Origin: Hypanus sabinus | Lineage: Eukaryota | Direction of reading: 5' to 3' | Length of the DNA: 64,000 nucleotides | NCBI RefSeq assembly: GCF_030144855.1 | Contig: NC_082730.1 | Location: 3,968,001-4,032,000 of the forward strand | In this document: positions 1-14,154 of the stretch, piece after piece | Numbering within the stretch: the stretch's first letter is position 1 | Layout of the letters: every line of letters begins with the position of its first letter | Notes under the pieces: generated by a model | Told to the model about the DNA's origin: nothing | Seen by the model: only the letters and a program-made list of their open reading frames with translations | Databases searched by the model: none | Position numbers and translations under genes: made by a program

Positions 1-2000
1 GGGTAATCATCAGGACTAAGCCCCCAAATCTCAAAGGCACCTAGTGGCATCAATGGTAAATGTGTCAGATACCGTTTATAAATGGACCTATTAAGTAAAG
101 TTAGTTGAGAACCTGTGTCAAGTATGGCTCGAGTAGAAATACCTTCAGTCCATTTGGACACACCAGAGTCTGGTCCCACTAAACCTCCAGGAATATTGTT
201 TTGCATTTTAGTATTTCCCTTGATGCACTGATTGGAACGTATTCTCCGAGACGCCAGTCCATATCTTTACAATGTCCACCCACAGTTTTGCATCTTTTCT
301 GCTCTGTTTGACTAACCGTTATGTACTTTCTGTAGATTTTCCTGTTCCTCATGGTTTCACTTGAAATGCCTATCTTTTCCAAGGTTGTAACAGAAAATAC
401 CTGTCAATTCTCTCATCAAAAGACCATTTATAACAGCATTCCTCTGCTTAGTAAGTCCTACAGGTGGGTCAGTTTCCTAATAAACAGGTCACATTCAGTT
501 AAAACATTAGCAAACATCCACTGAATCAGCTCAGTTTGAAGGCTATTCTTCTCATTCCTGAATATCTTGATCTCTGTAGCATCAGGGGCTACTTTATCAA
601 CAGAGGCTACCACTGACGGCATTACTCAGCTTCTGGAAACATCCCGCTCCTCAATCGTATTTCCATCCTCTCTAACTTCTCTGAATAACTCAGTTAAAGA
701 TGGAGGAAGATGCTTCTTGTGAGTCATTAAAATATGTAGAGCAATCGTGCCATGTGATAATACACTCTTCACAACTTGCTCCACCCTCAATACTACCTTC
801 TCAGGTAGTTGAATGCCCCCTTTGTGACCCACACAACGCAGCAGTTTCTCTGATGAGATAAGGTAGTCATAAAGCTTCTGCCCTTCCTCCTGGACTGTGT
901 GCCTCAACTTCATCACAGAGTCGGCCGAACGTCCAGTGGTGCCAAAGTTTGCATATAGTTTGCTGATGTAGCTAGAGAATTGTTTTGCCTTATCTCAGCT
1001 GCTAGACCCTTTAAACTCTCTACCGGTATCTATTTTTTCATATTATCTGAGCACTGCCATTCATCCAATAGATAAGATTACTCCTCACCTCAAGCCTCAC
1101 ATTCTTCTTCCCGATTGGCTGTGGATTTGACTTCAGGGAACATTCTCAGCTGATAATAACACTGGCTCTCCACAGCTACACTTTAGTGTTAAACAAACAG
1201 TGACGTAAAAGCTGAAAGCAGCACTGGACTTAAATCAACAGCTGGAGGACCAAGAAGACTTTTCACTTCAGACAAAGTCTTCCACTCACTCACAGAAAAC
1301 TGTGCATCTGGCCATTAAAATATCCACCTTCTAAGTCGAGGGATATGAACTGGTCATGGCCTGCCTATCCAGGTACCCCTATTCTATCGGCCAGTGTGAC
1401 TTCAGAGACATCCCTGGTAGTCGCATCGCACTTAACCTTAATATCTTTGGCATCCATAATAAAGTATCACATGCCACAAAACATTGGCTCAGACAGAAAA
1501 ATCCCAGAAGAGCCCCCAAAAATGCAACCCTCTCACTGTGGCTCATAACAAAATTGGCTGGTTTGCTAACTCTGGCTAACAGTCACATAACTCAACAATA
1601 ATGAGTAACGATGAGAAAGTCACCTTCAATAAGCAACACACTTCCAGGTTCGGTACGTATCGGGTTCAACCGAATAGGAAAGTTGGCATGTTCTGATGCG
1701 GGAACAAAAATTGTAGTGAATGCTCTGTAAGTGCTGCCCCATGCAGAGTTGTCATTTCCCAGGAAATAACACCTTACACCGGCATAAAAATAAAGCGGAA
1801 TTATATTTACTGACATTAAAATTTTAACAGTTAATGGGGGGGGGGGGGGAAGAAAAGTGTCTAGTGCAGCTAAACTAGTTTAAATGGGCAAATAAACATT
1901 GGATCTCTGATTTCTCACTTGCTGAACCCATGATCTGCATACAAGACACCAGTCACCTTTGGAACTTTCCTTGAAAGCCACTTTGAATGAACTGGCTAAC
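1..2000 (-). mobile_element. Decayed Ty3/Gypsy LTR retrotransposon fragment (PNMA-like gag, protease start)
   Basis: Minus-strand translation gives EWQCSDNMKK..VESLKGLAAEI (PNMA-type gag) and PPSLTELFREVRE. The start aligns to the protease segment at 30643-30850. Many stops. Confidence 0.75.
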
Positions 2001-2540
2001 TCAGGAGCATTGGATATTCCTGCTGAGAACTATTTGGCTACACAAAGCACTTCTTGCAACAGTGACTCTCCTTTGAACAGTGTTGACAGAGTATCTTCCC
2101 TTGTGTTCTACTCCACTGCTCCTGCCAACCAAACCTCCCCGACTGGCTGACACAACATTCCCAGCCTGAGCAAATAGTCCTCATCTCAGCCGAAGCCAAA
2201 ACACTAAGCTATGAGGTTAACAATGAAAAAACCTCACATTTGCAGAAAAACTGCCAAAATAAAAATAGCTCACAGCATAGCAGTAGAAATACAATATAAC
2301 ACGTGCTCAACTTGGGAATGACACAGGCAAATTGTGTGAAAGTGATCAAATGGTAACCACAGAGAAGGAGGGCCAATGGGCCTGTTTCTGTAGCTCCATC
2401 CTATTTGAAGCCCTCCACCAATACCTGACAGTTCAAAGTATATTTTGTTATCAAAGTGTGCATATATTATCCAAGCTTGAGATTCATCTCTTTATGGACA
2501 GCCACAAAACAAGAATCTCAAAAGAACCCATGAAAAAAGA
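1..2540. repeat. Segmental duplication block: 3' flank of an upstream unit, paralogous to 30643-31945
   Basis: Position 1 aligns to 30643 and colinearity continues to ~2540/31945. The second copy lacks ~1.2 kb internally. Confidence 0.9.
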
Positions 2541-2544
2541 CACT

Positions 2545-5500
2545 CCTCCTCCTCCTCCTCCCACATACCCTAATCTACACTTTATCCTCCCCATCCTAGT
2601 ACCCTATTTCTCTTTATCCATCATATCCTATTCAAAAAAACCCTGTACTGCTTAAGAAAGCTAAAAATACCCTGACCTGTTTTCTCTCACCCATGCCCAA
2701 CAGCCCTTTTAATGTGAATTCCTGCACCCCAATTCCCTTAGATTAATTCTCATCATCTCTCTGTATCCCATACTTCCTACAACTCAGAACTACATGTTCT
2801 ACTGACTCCTCTTCCTGACATTCCACACACAATCCTGCCTGGTGTTTCCCTATCAATTTCAATGTTTGGTTTAGTGCATAGTGCCCCTGCCTTAACCTAG
2901 TCCACACAATTTCCTCTCTTCTGTATCTACTTCCTACCCTAGTACCTGCATCATTTCTTTGTATTCCATATAAATGCCTCCCTTTCCCCTCCCTGTCCCA
3001 TCTTTCTTGCCACATTTGGTTAATTTTTTTCCCAGATAACACACTTAACCTCTGCTTTACTGATACTAATGTGCATTTCTATATTTTCTTTCTTTATTGC
3101 CCTCTTTGCCAACTCATCCACCCTTTCATTGCCCTTCACCCCTACATGAGCTGGAACCCATAGAAATTTATCCTGACCTCCCTGATCTGCAACTCGTTTG
3201 ACTGACTGAAGGACTTCATGAAGTACATCTTGCCGGCTGTTTGAGTGAGAAGACCTTAAACTTGCCAGTACTGAAGATGAATCTGAGCATATCAACGCTT
3301 TGACGAGTTTAGATTTCTCCACCCAACGCAACGCAACCAACACTGCCATCATCTCCACTGTATACACCACTAACTTATCAGATGTTCTTCTGCTGATTGC
3401 AATTGCTTTTGCTGGTATAGCCACCCCAAACCCTGTCACTCCTGTCTCAGGTTCCTTAGCACCATCTGTATAGACCTGAGTATAATCACTATACTTTTCC
3501 ATCACATGACAGTTAAATGCACTTACCAAATCAGTTTTATACTTTCCTTTCCTTGTTACCTTTAACAAATGCCAGTCTACGTCAGGCCATACCAGCTTCC
3601 ATGGAGCTACAACCGGATAAACTACTGAAGGACTTATCCTTAGATCAAACACTCCACATGATCTAGCAATATCATTCCCTACCCAACTAAAGTTTTCCCT
3701 CTGAAACCTCCCATTTTCCCAGGACTCCTGTAACACTCCTTTAGCAGGGTGAGAGTCATTGTGTCCCTGCAAATAAACCCAGTAGTTTGCCATCAATTGC
3801 ATCCTTCTTAATTCCAAAGGCATTATTCCGATTTCTACCTGCAGGGCCGATACTGGTGATGTTTTAAAAGCCCCACTGCACACTCTCAAAACCTGAGCCT
3901 GAATCACATCCAGTTTCCTTGTAAGAGACCTAGCTGCTGATCCATACGCTACACTTCCATAATCCAACACAGATCTTACTAAAGCCACATACATTCTCTT
4001 CAATGCGGAACAACTTGCTCCCCATTCCCTACCAGTCAAACATCTCATCACGTTTATTACTTTTTTACATTTCTCCTCAACTTTCCTGATATGGTCTGCC
4101 CATGTTAATCGTGAATCAAATATAACTCCCAGAAATTTAAATGATCCAACCCTTTCTAATTCAATCCCATACATCCTTAACTCCTTCCCTATTTCAATTC
4201 TTTTCCTAGTGAAAAATACAGTTTGAGTTTTTTCCACTGAAAATCTACATCCCCAATCATAACCCCACTCTACCACTTCATCAATTGCTCCTTATTGTTT
4301 CCTGATTATATGCCCCATGTTCCTGCCTCTTTTCCACAAGGCCCCATCATCCACAAACAGTGACCTACCTATATCGACTGGTACCTTTGTGAAGACATCG
4401 TTGATCATAATGATGAAAAGTAACGGGCTAATCACACTACCCTGAGGTGTGCCATTTCCCACTATGTACTGTTTTGATAATTCTGATCCAATCCGAACTT
4501 GAATTTTTCTACCAAACAAAAAATATTTAATCCAATTAAAAACTCTCCCCCCAACCCCCATCTTGTGCAGTTTAATTAATAATCCTTCCATATCATATCA
4601 TAGGCTTTGTCAATGTCAAAAAAAACACTGCAACTACTGACTCTTCATTTGCCTGGGCCTTTCTTATTTCAGTCTCTAACCTTATCACTGAGTCCATGGA
4701 ATTCCTCCCCTTCCTAAAACCACTCTGATAACTTGCCAGCATTCCTCTCTTCAAGATCATATGATAACCTTTCAGTTATCATCCTTTCCATTACCTTACA
4801 TATATTTGATGTTAGTGCTATTGGCCTGTAGCTAGTGGGTTTTGACTGATCCTTGCCAGGTTTCCTTATTGGAATTACTACTGCTTCTTTCCATGCACTT
4901 GGTAATCTTCCCTCCTCCCACATTCTGTTATAAAAATGCAGTAACTTCAAGAGCGCTCCCTCTCCTAGATTTTTTAGCATAACATAGCATATTAGATCGT
5001 TCCCTGGGGAGGTTGTTCTTGATCTCTTTATTGCTCTCACCATTTCTGCAAAAGTAAATGGATCATCAATTGTATCATCCATTTCTTCCCTCCAATTTAA
5101 CACACCTGGGTATTGACTCATTGTTCTTTCCCTTTTCCCTTCTTCAGACAAATTTTCTGAACTATGTATCTTTACAAATGACTTGGCTATGATCTCAGCC
5201 TTATCCCTGCTGGAGACTGCTGTTTCCTCCTCAGATATCTTTACTGGATACTCCCAATCCCTTCTATCTCCCCCCAGCCTCTTAATCATTCCCCATACCT
5301 CTACCACAGGCATTTTTCTTCCTATTTTGTTGCAAAAACTCCTCCAACTTGCTCTTTTAGCTTGACGTATAGTTCCTCTCACCTCTGCCTGTGCCTTCTT
5401 ATATTGAATCAAATGGTGCATATTATGGGTTCTTTTAACTAGCCTGAATGCTCTATTTCTGTTTTTTTACAGCCTGACAACATTCCTTTGTCCACCATGG

Positions 5501-7793
5501 CACAAGTTTTCTATTCATCCTATTTTTACTCCTGGTTTATAGATCCTTCTGCTGCCATAATAATTGCTGAAGTCCCCTGACTGTTTAATTCATCTATATC
5601 TCCAGAAATGTCAATCCTTCTTTGCGTAACTTCTGGAACTTAACCCAATCTGCTTTTCCAAACACCCACTTTGGGACTCCCCCACCTGGTCTTATTTCAA
5701 CTCTTTCACCCACTGAACATAAATCTGGGTAGTGATCACTGCCTACTGTTGAAGCAGTCCAAACTCCCCAGTTACTAATGCCAGCCAAGACATTAGACAC
5801 TAACGTTATATCAATACCGACTCAGTTCCTGTTATGTTTATCCTTGTTCCTCTACCATCATTCATACACACCAAATCCCTTTCTTCCATCAAATCTTCAA
5901 TTACCGTTCCATTTGAATCAGTAATCGGATCACCCCATATTGTGCTGTGAGCATTGAAATCTGCATACCACACTACTTTATGTCTATTTTGTCCTTGTAT
6001 CCTTAGTAGGCTGTCCAAATCCAACCTCTTACATGGATTGTAGTAGTTAATTATAACCACTCCCTCACCTCTCTTCCATATTTCCACCACTATTTATTCC
6101 TGTTCGTCTCCTTTTTCCAGTACTCTATACGGTATACCTTGCTTGATTAACATAGCACAACCTCCTCCTCCCCCTAGATTTCTGTCTTTCCTTATCATTG
6201 TATACCCATGTACCACAAAGTCTAAAGCTGGTTTCAACCAAGTTTCCTGAATACACACTACATCCGGTTTTACAACCATTTCTTTAATAAAGTCCTTAAA
6301 TTCCTGGCCATTGGCCAGTAAACTCCTTGCATTCCATTGCAAGAGGATCACCATAATGAGTATTAACCAACCTATGACACTTCCTCGCTTGACTGATTAG
6401 TGAGGTTCTCCCTCACTTCTTCCCATGTCAGTCCAACTAACCCTAAATGGTTTACTGCTGCTTTGACCACCAGCTGAATTTTGTCACTTTTTGACTTTAC
6501 CTCTGCCGTACTATTAAGGACTCCTGCAATGAATGTTACTAGAGCTTTTTTCCCCACATAAATTCTGTCATTTACTCTTCGCTGCATCTCGTGTATCCCT
6601 ATTGCTCTCTGGTCATTAGGAGCATTATTCAGTTCTCTTCACATTCTTACAGCTTCTGCATGAGTGATCTTTTTTTTCACTCTTATTTCTTGAATTTTAT
6701 TCTCCCATCTCATAACCTCACGCTCACAATACGCCACATTATGAGCTCCTCCACAATTACAGCATTTTGGTTGCACTCCTGTTCCGCACTTTCCATATTC
6801 ATGATCATCCCCACATCTAGCACATCTCCTCTGCCTTTTACAGTTTTTAGCTATGTGTTCACACCTTTGACAATTATAGCACCTCAATGGCTTTGGCACA
6901 CATACCCTTACTGGGTAACTCAGGAAACCCAGGAACACTTTCCTTGGCACTCTTTCTTCTTCAAATTCAATCAATACTGTTTCACTTTCCTTTTTCATTC
7001 CCTCCTTTGTTGTTTTCAGTCTTAGAATATTAATTACTTTCCCCCCTTTGATATTCCTCTTCAACTCCTCCATGTTTATACTCATTGGTATACCCATGAT
7101 CACTCCTTTACAGCCACCATTTCATGCTCCCACCCTCCCTGTATATTCCACCTTGCATTTTCCTATCTCTTTTAGCTTGAGTGCTTTCTCAAGTTGTTCC
7201 TCATTCACACGCCTTACCAATAGATTGCCATCATTAAGGACTTTTGCAAATACTATTTCCCCTATCTTATTTGCCAGAGTTGTTGTTAGCACAAAAAGGG
7301 TACTTTTCTTCATGGTTCCTTGCACCTTCTCATTAAAACTAATTATGACAACACCTCCTCTCTGAACTTGTTCATCTTCCTCACTTTCAGAACTCTCTCC
7401 ACTGTCATTTCTTATTCTTTTATTCCCTTTGTCTTGGTTTTCATTCATCCTTCCCCTCACTATCTCCTTATTCCCTTTATTTCTCCCTTCACAATAATCC
7501 ATTTCTCCCCAGCTGCCTACCTCTGATCCCAAATCCCTATCCCACTCCTTCCCGACTCTTCTTCCCTCAACAAGTCCCAAACCACATGCACCAACTCTAA
7601 TCAGAACCCTCACCCCCCTCCACCACCCACCCAGTCACCGTCCCACAGCCCCTTATAAACACCTGCCGCCAAATTGGCCACAGGTGTGCCTCTTTGATCC
7701 AGGCTGATCTTAACAGCTGCAAGAACCAGAGTCCGGAGCTTCGGACCGGATTGAGACCCGGAATGCAGATTCTGGACCGGACAGGACACTGAC
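2545..7793 (-). mobile_element. Near full-length degenerate I-group (I/Nimb-like) LINE with RNase H
   Basis: ORF1 has three CCHC knuckles (PLRCYNCQRCEHIAKNC..RCARCGDDH..CCNCGGAH). ORF2 pieces: APE (QWNARSL, CIQETW, SDHYP), RT (YRPIALTS, GTPQGSVISPLLF, FVDD), RNase H (VYTDG, EMMAV, SDS, WVPAHVGVKGNERVD) and C-terminal CxxC-H-C. Broken into at least 10 ORFs. Confidence 0.9.
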
Positions 7794-7999
7794 ACATGGG
7801 CTGATCCAATAACCCTTTCATTCCTGGAATCATTCTTGTGAATCTTCTCTGAACCCTCTCCAATGTCAGTATATTCCAGTCCGTTAGCCTCTGCACCTAG
7901 GTCCAGGTATGACTCTAAGCTGAGCAGATTCTTTTGAAATGTTTCACCTCAGACTTCTGCCTCTTGGTCGTGCTCTTCTTGTACACTTGATAAAAGTGA

Positions 8000-8700
8000 T
8001 GAGATTGAGTCTTACCCATGTCCCACCTAGACTTCAGAAAAGGGAATGTCCAGAACCTTTGGAATGAATCCTGGAGTCGGCCACCTTCCAGCAGCCAGTT
8101 GTTACAGAGCTTACGTGGACCCCACTCATGTGCACGTCAGGACGAACTCTGCCCACGCGAAGTGATGGATTGAGTATGAAACTGGCCTCACAGTGGACAT
8201 CAGACATGTTTGCTGCTCAAATTATAGATGGTCTCCTCCGTTAGCCCCCTTCAACTGTTACACCAGTGCTTGATCACACTGGGGACTGCAGCAACCCTCC
8301 TCTTACTGGTAGATTTCAATTTCAAAAAAGAGGCAGTCCCACTGGAAATTAAAATGAAATGATTCATGTTGAGTTCCCTCCGCTGCCCCCCTGCATCCAA
8401 GAGACAGGTGGCTACAATTAAAATGGACTCCACGGGGTGTGGAAATGTGGCACAACCCCGGTGAGACTCACCATCTTTTATAGATGCACCAGAGCAAGCA
8501 TCCTATCTGGATGCATCACAGCTTTGTATGGCTACTGCTCTGAATATGAAATGGCAGAGTTGTGAATGCAGCCCAGTCTGTCACACAAAGCAACCTCCCA
8601 TTCATGGACTGTGTCCTCACTTACCACCGGCTCAGGAAAGGAGACAACACAATCAAAGAGTCCACACACCACTGTCATTCTCTCCTCTCTCCCCAGTCCA
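8000..8700 (+). mobile_element. L2/Rex-type LINE RT C-terminal fragment (copy at ~34470-35080)
   Basis: Degenerate TIFYRCTRASILSGCITALYGYC motif typical of the ORF2 end of these LINEs; DFRK upstream. Confidence 0.55.
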
Positions 8701-8820
8701 CCCCCACACCGTCCCACTGACCCAAAAATCTGTCTTTCTCTGCCCAACACCCGACCCCACACCATGCCTTCCAACAACACTCTCCGCAAAGTCTCCACTT
8801 TGTCTCCACCGTCCCCAGCA

Positions 8821-8994
8821 CACAGATGCACAGACGCACACAGACACACATAGACACACACACACACACATGGGATCAGGGTGGAGACAGCAATCGGAGG
8901 GTGGAGGGGGGTTGAGGACTGAGGTAGATCATCCATTTTCATATTCAATGGTGTGAGAGGCTGGGTTGCTTGAGGGGCCAAAGCCAACTCGTGT

Positions 8995-9032
<38 letters not shown>

Positions 9033-9045
9033 GTGTGCGAGACAG
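8821..9045. repeat. (CA)n and (GT)n microsatellites
   Basis: Imperfect CA run at 8821-8870 and GT run at ~8989-9040; much shorter in the paralogous block. Confidence 0.85.
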
Positions 9046-9439
9046 AGAGAGGTGGAGAGATCTTGGGAACTGAGGGAAAGACACAGAATAAGTAACCAAG
9101 AGAGGAATGTGGACGCAGAGACTTCTGAAGAGAAATTAAAGATAAAGTGAAAGAGATGTGCTGTCAGAGACTATGTGAAACAGGAGAATGAAAGGACAAG
9201 ATAGAGATGGGCAGAGAGGCTGTGGGTAAGGGTACAGAATCTGAGAGAGGGAGAGAGCTAGAGATGGACAGGGACTGTGGTTGGAGATGTGGAGATGGTT
9301 AATGGGATGTGTTTGAGTTACAGCTTGTGCTCTGTGCCTGTTTGGAGTAGTATTGCCTCTTCCCCATCACAGTGCATTAGATAAGTGTGACATAGCCAAT
9401 TTCCACTGCTTTACTTATTACCCCTCAACCATCAAGCTC

Positions 9440-9735
9440 TTGAGTAAATGTGGATACCTACCCTCACTACCCCATCATTAAATGTCTTACACCAAAGATC
9501 TCACTTTAAGGATTCTTTATCTCATTATCTCATGTTCCCAATATTCATTGTTATTTATTTATATTTGCATTTGCACAGTTTTGGTTGTCTTCACTCTGGT
9601 GAATCTTTCATTGATTCTGTTTTAGTTACTATTCTATGGATTTGTTGAGCATGCCCAAAGCAAAATACATCTCAGGCCTGTATATGGTGATATATATGTT
9701 CCTTGATAATAAAACTTACTTTGATCACTTTGAAG
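9440..9735 (+). mobile_element. LINE-derived 3' end (L2-like tail; copy ~35850-36140, inverted relative at ~17735-17910)
   Basis: Ends AATAAAACTTACTTTGATCACTTTGA; a reverse-complement relative lies at 17735-17910. Confidence 0.5.
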
Positions 9736-10059
9736 TGTACTTGTTTCCAATCTTTGTTCTCCAATCACCAAATGAAGTTACAAGTTTTAAGTTCAAGCCC
9801 AAGTTTCAAGTTTAATTATCATTCAAATATACATGAATACAGGCAAACGACAAGGTGTAAGTCACAAACCAACAGCGTACAGCGCACTGCACATAGCACA
9901 TTGCACAAATAGCACGTTTGGTTATTCATCAGTGCAGAACAACATACAGTCACAAAGAGAGATAAAAATATATCGCCCAAGTCTTGAGTTGTCCTGGTCC
10001 AGCTTGTTCTTTCACCAAGTGAACACTGGAGGGCAGCACAGACAGGAGGGCTCAGACAC

Positions 10060-13000
10060 CAACCCAGTATGAAATCTGATTTGGACAATCCACATAGTAT
10101 AGTGAGAATGGTTGCAAGGACAGTGTACCTGGAGGAAAAATGTACAGCCAGTGCAGAGTACACCTGTGGCCATTCCCCTCAATAATAACTTTAGATACTA
10201 TTGAGAGGGATGACCTAACAGGGAGGAGCCACAATGACCAGGTCTCTGGCACTGAGTTTGATGCTGTGTCTCAGATGAGCGGAGAGGTGAAGAGGACTGC
10301 AGTATTGGTAGGAGATTCCTTCATCGGAGGAACAGAGAAAAGGTTCTGTGGGTGAGATAGAGACACACAAATTGTATCTTGCCTCCCTGATGCCAGGATC
10401 AGGGATATCTCAATTCTTGACCATGGCATTCTCAAAGGCAAAGTTGAGCAGCTGAAGTTTTTGTACATATTGACATCATGACATGGGTAAATAATGTGAT
10501 GAGGTCCTGAAAAGAGATTTTATGGAGCTAGGTAGAAAGCTGAGAAACAGGACCATCAGGATAGTGATCACTGGATTGTTGCCTGTGCCATGTGCCACTG
10601 AGGGAAAGAATAGGATGATTTGGCAGGTGAATATGTAGCTGAGGAACTGGAGCATGAGGCAAGGGTTGAAATTTATGGATCTTAGTGATCTCTCCTGGGG
10701 CAGCTATGACCTGTACAATAAAAGACAGGCTACACCTGATCCCGAGGGTTTCCAATATCCTTGTGGGCAGGTTGGTTCAAGTTGTTTGGGTGGGTTTAAA
10801 CTAGCTCAGCAGGGGGCTGGGAACTGGAATGGTAATGCGGAGGATGAGCGCTATCAGATGTAAATAGATGGAATGTGTAGTGAGACTCCTAGCAGGCAGA
10901 CCTATACGATAGATAAAAATTGCAGTAAACCGGAAGAGCTGTAATGTAAAGGTGTTCAAAATTGAAAAAGGTGAATACAGAACTAAAGGTGTAATATTTG
11001 ACCGCGGGCGGTAATGGAATAAGGTCGATGAACTTATAGTACAGATTCAGATTGGCAAAGATGATGTAGGTATCACTGAATAGGCAGGAAGGCAGAGGGT
11101 CTGGCATGGCACTGTTGATAAAAAATGAAATTAAATCATTTGAAAGAAGTGACATAAGGTCAGAAGATGTTGAATTGTTGTAGTTAGAGCTGCGGAACTG
11201 CAAGGGTAAAGAGACACTGATGGGTGTTATCTACAGATGCCCAAACAGAGGTAAGGATGTGGTCTACAAGTTAGAATGGGAGATGTGAATTGCCTGCCAA
11301 AAGGGCAATGTTACAGTACTCACAAGGTCCATCAATATACAAGTAGATTGGGAAAACCAGGTTGGTGTGGGATTCCAAGAGGGGCAATTTCTAACTTATG
11401 GGATATCTTTCTAGAGCAGTTTGTGTTTGAGCCCTGTAGGGGTTAGCTGTTCTAGATTGAGTGTTGTGCACTGAACCAGAATTGATCAGAGAGCTTAAAG
11501 TAAAACAATCTTGAGGGGTAACTTATCATTATGTAGTCAAAATGACACTGCAATTTGAGAAAGGGAAGCTGAAATCACATCTTACAGTATTACAGTGGAG
11601 TAAAATATATCACAGGGGCATGAGAGAGGAGTTGTCCAGTACTGATTCAAGAAAAAAATAACACAGGCAAGGATGATGACAGAGATGCAATCGCTGCAAT
11701 TACTTAAAGCGATTCAGATGACACAGGATTTATTATTCTCAGTGTAGGAAGTATACTAAGGGCAAGATGACACAACCATGGCTAACGAAGGAAGTCAAGG
11801 TCAACATGAGGTCCAAAGTGAGGACATATAATAGAGCAGAAAATTTGCGAGATGTTAGGGGAGTGGGAAGCTTTTAAGTACCAACAAAAGGCAACTAAAA
11901 GTCATTAAGTAGGTAAATATGGAATAAAGCTAGCCAATAATATTAAAGACAATACCAGCAATTTCTTCAGGACCATAAAGTGTGAAAGAGAGGCAAGACT
12001 GGATGTTGGACCAGTGGAAAATGATACTGTTATGGGGACAAGGAAATGGCAGGAAAACTGGATAAGTATTTTGCATCAGTCTTACTGTGGAAGAATCTAA
12101 CAGTGTGGAGGAAGTTATAGGTATCAGGGGTCATGTAATGTGTAAAGTTACCACTACTAGAGAGAAGGTCCTTGGGACACTGAAAGGTCTGATGATGGAT
12201 AACTCACCGGGAGCAGATGGTGTACTCCCCTAGATTCTGATAGAGGTGGTTGAACAGATTATGGAGGCATTAGTAATGACCTTTCAATAATCATTAGATT
12301 CTGTAAAGGTTCCTGAAGACTGGACAATTGCAAAAGGAACCCCACTCTTCAAGAAAAGAGAAAGGCAGAAGAAAGGAAATTAAAGGCCAATTAGTCTGAC
12401 CTCAGTGGTCGGGAAGATGTTGGATTCAGTTGTTAAGGATGTGTTTTCGAGGTTCTCGGAGACACAGGATAAAATAGGCCATAGTCAGCATAGTTTTCTC
12501 AAATGAAAATCTTGCCTGACATATCTGTTGGAATTTTTTGAAGAAATAACAAGCAGGATAGACAAAGGAGAATTGGTTAATGCTGCAAACTTGTGTAACA
12601 CCCTGGGAAAGTGTTCACTGCTGACATAATGGTCTTTCAGTAGAAGCTGTGTTTGGAGTATTGTGAGCAGTTTTGGGCCCTTTACCTCAAAAAGGATGTG
12701 CTGAAACTGGAGAGAGAACAAAGGAGGTTCATGAAAATTATTCCAGGATGAATTGACTTGTCCTATGAAGTGAGTTTGATTGTTCAGATCCTGTAATCAA
12801 TGGAAATAAGAAGAATGAGGGATGACCTAATTTAAACCTACCAAATGGTAAAAGGTCTTGATAGAGTCTCTGAGGAGAGGACGATTTCTATGCTTGGCGT
12901 TTCGAAGACCAGAGCGGACAGACTCGAAATAGATTGGCATCCTCTCCGAACAAAGCTTAGAAGGAATTTGTTTAGCTAGAGAGTGGTCAATCAATGGTAT

Positions 13001-13200
13001 TTGTGATCACAGGCAGCTGTGGATGCCAATTCTTTATGCGTAAGGCAGAAGTTGATAGATTTCTGATTGATCAAAACATGAAGTGATATAGGGGAAGACA
13101 AGTAATTGAGGCTGAGCGGAAAAATGGATCAGCCATGATGAAATGGTGGAGCAGACTTGATGGGGCAAAGGACCTAATTCTGCTCCTATATATTATGGTC
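10060..13200 (+). mobile_element. Degenerate CR1 LINE (ORF1 GDSL-esterase, ORF2 APE-RT remnants); copy at ~36400-39725
   Basis: AVLVGDSFIGG and IVSCLPDARIRDI esterase motifs. Copy B retains the ORF1 zinc-finger region (~36470-36690). RT remnant RPISLTSVVGK; CR1 3'UTR ending ...ctcctatattatggtc. Confidence 0.85.
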
Positions 13201-14154
13201 GTCTGGAAATCCAGCAGCACATCTTGTTCATGCATCAACTAGAGCGATGCAACTCCCCCATCATTGGTCTTTCCAAAGAACGAGTAAACTTTGTGCTGTG
13301 GACTCTCCCTCCTCTGGGGCTGAGACAAAAATTGATTCGCCATGGTGAAATGGCAGAGCAGATACAATGGGCCAAATGGTCAACTGGAAATCTAGCACCC
13401 CGTTTTCTTCACACAACAACTCAATCAATGCAACTGCCCCATCATTGCTCTCTGCATAGAACAAGTAAACTGAACTTGCAGTATTTTTTGTCCAACAGGA
13501 TCTTGCGATCACTGTACTAAATATCCAAGGCAATCAACTGTACTTGTTTAGGACCGCCACACAGTCTGGGCACAAATGTACTAACAAGTCCAGCTCCATC
13601 AATATCGAGCAAGTTGCTGCTGGGGTAGCCCTGCTGTCATTGATGTTCTGAATCTCCAGCAGTGACTTGCGGATGGAAAATAGACATACAGGATGAGCAA
13701 ATACACGGGAGTGGTCGCTGTGTCTGAGCATGCCGCCATCGTTCCAGAAGCAGATGCAGAGTCTCGATGTGGAGGGGCCCCTCCCTCCTCTGAGCTCTCT
13801 CATGTCTGCTTGGTGGGCAAGACCAGTTGTAATGGGGAACTCTGAGTAGAGAGCAGTAACAAATATTTGAGACATGTTGAGTGGACGTGCAGACCCCTCA
13901 TCCATTGTGGTCACTCCCGGGTTCTCTGCTTGTCCACATCCATGAAGCTCTTTGTCTCCTTTAGCGTCTCTGTCTGCTGCTCTCTCGGCTGCCCTGTCCA
14001 TTCTCTGACTTCCTCTGCTATCCATTGGGTCAATCAGCACAGAGATCGTCCCTTTGATCCACTGAGGGAACTCCAACCATCAAACACCACTTTACACCAA
14101 TACCATTTCATTAATCCCATCACCTCCCCCAGTTTCTACCCCTCACCCTCTCAG

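Noticed and set aside
1-2000. Domesticated PNMA-like gag gene
   Set aside because: Many stops and frameshifts, adjacent protease remnant, and a large deletion in the second copy indicate a decayed retrotransposon.
13534-14076. 180-aa minus-strand ORF repeated at 39872-40414
   Set aside because: It starts at TTG, has no recognisable domain, and its retention is explained by recent duplication. Probably the 5' part of an old LINE.
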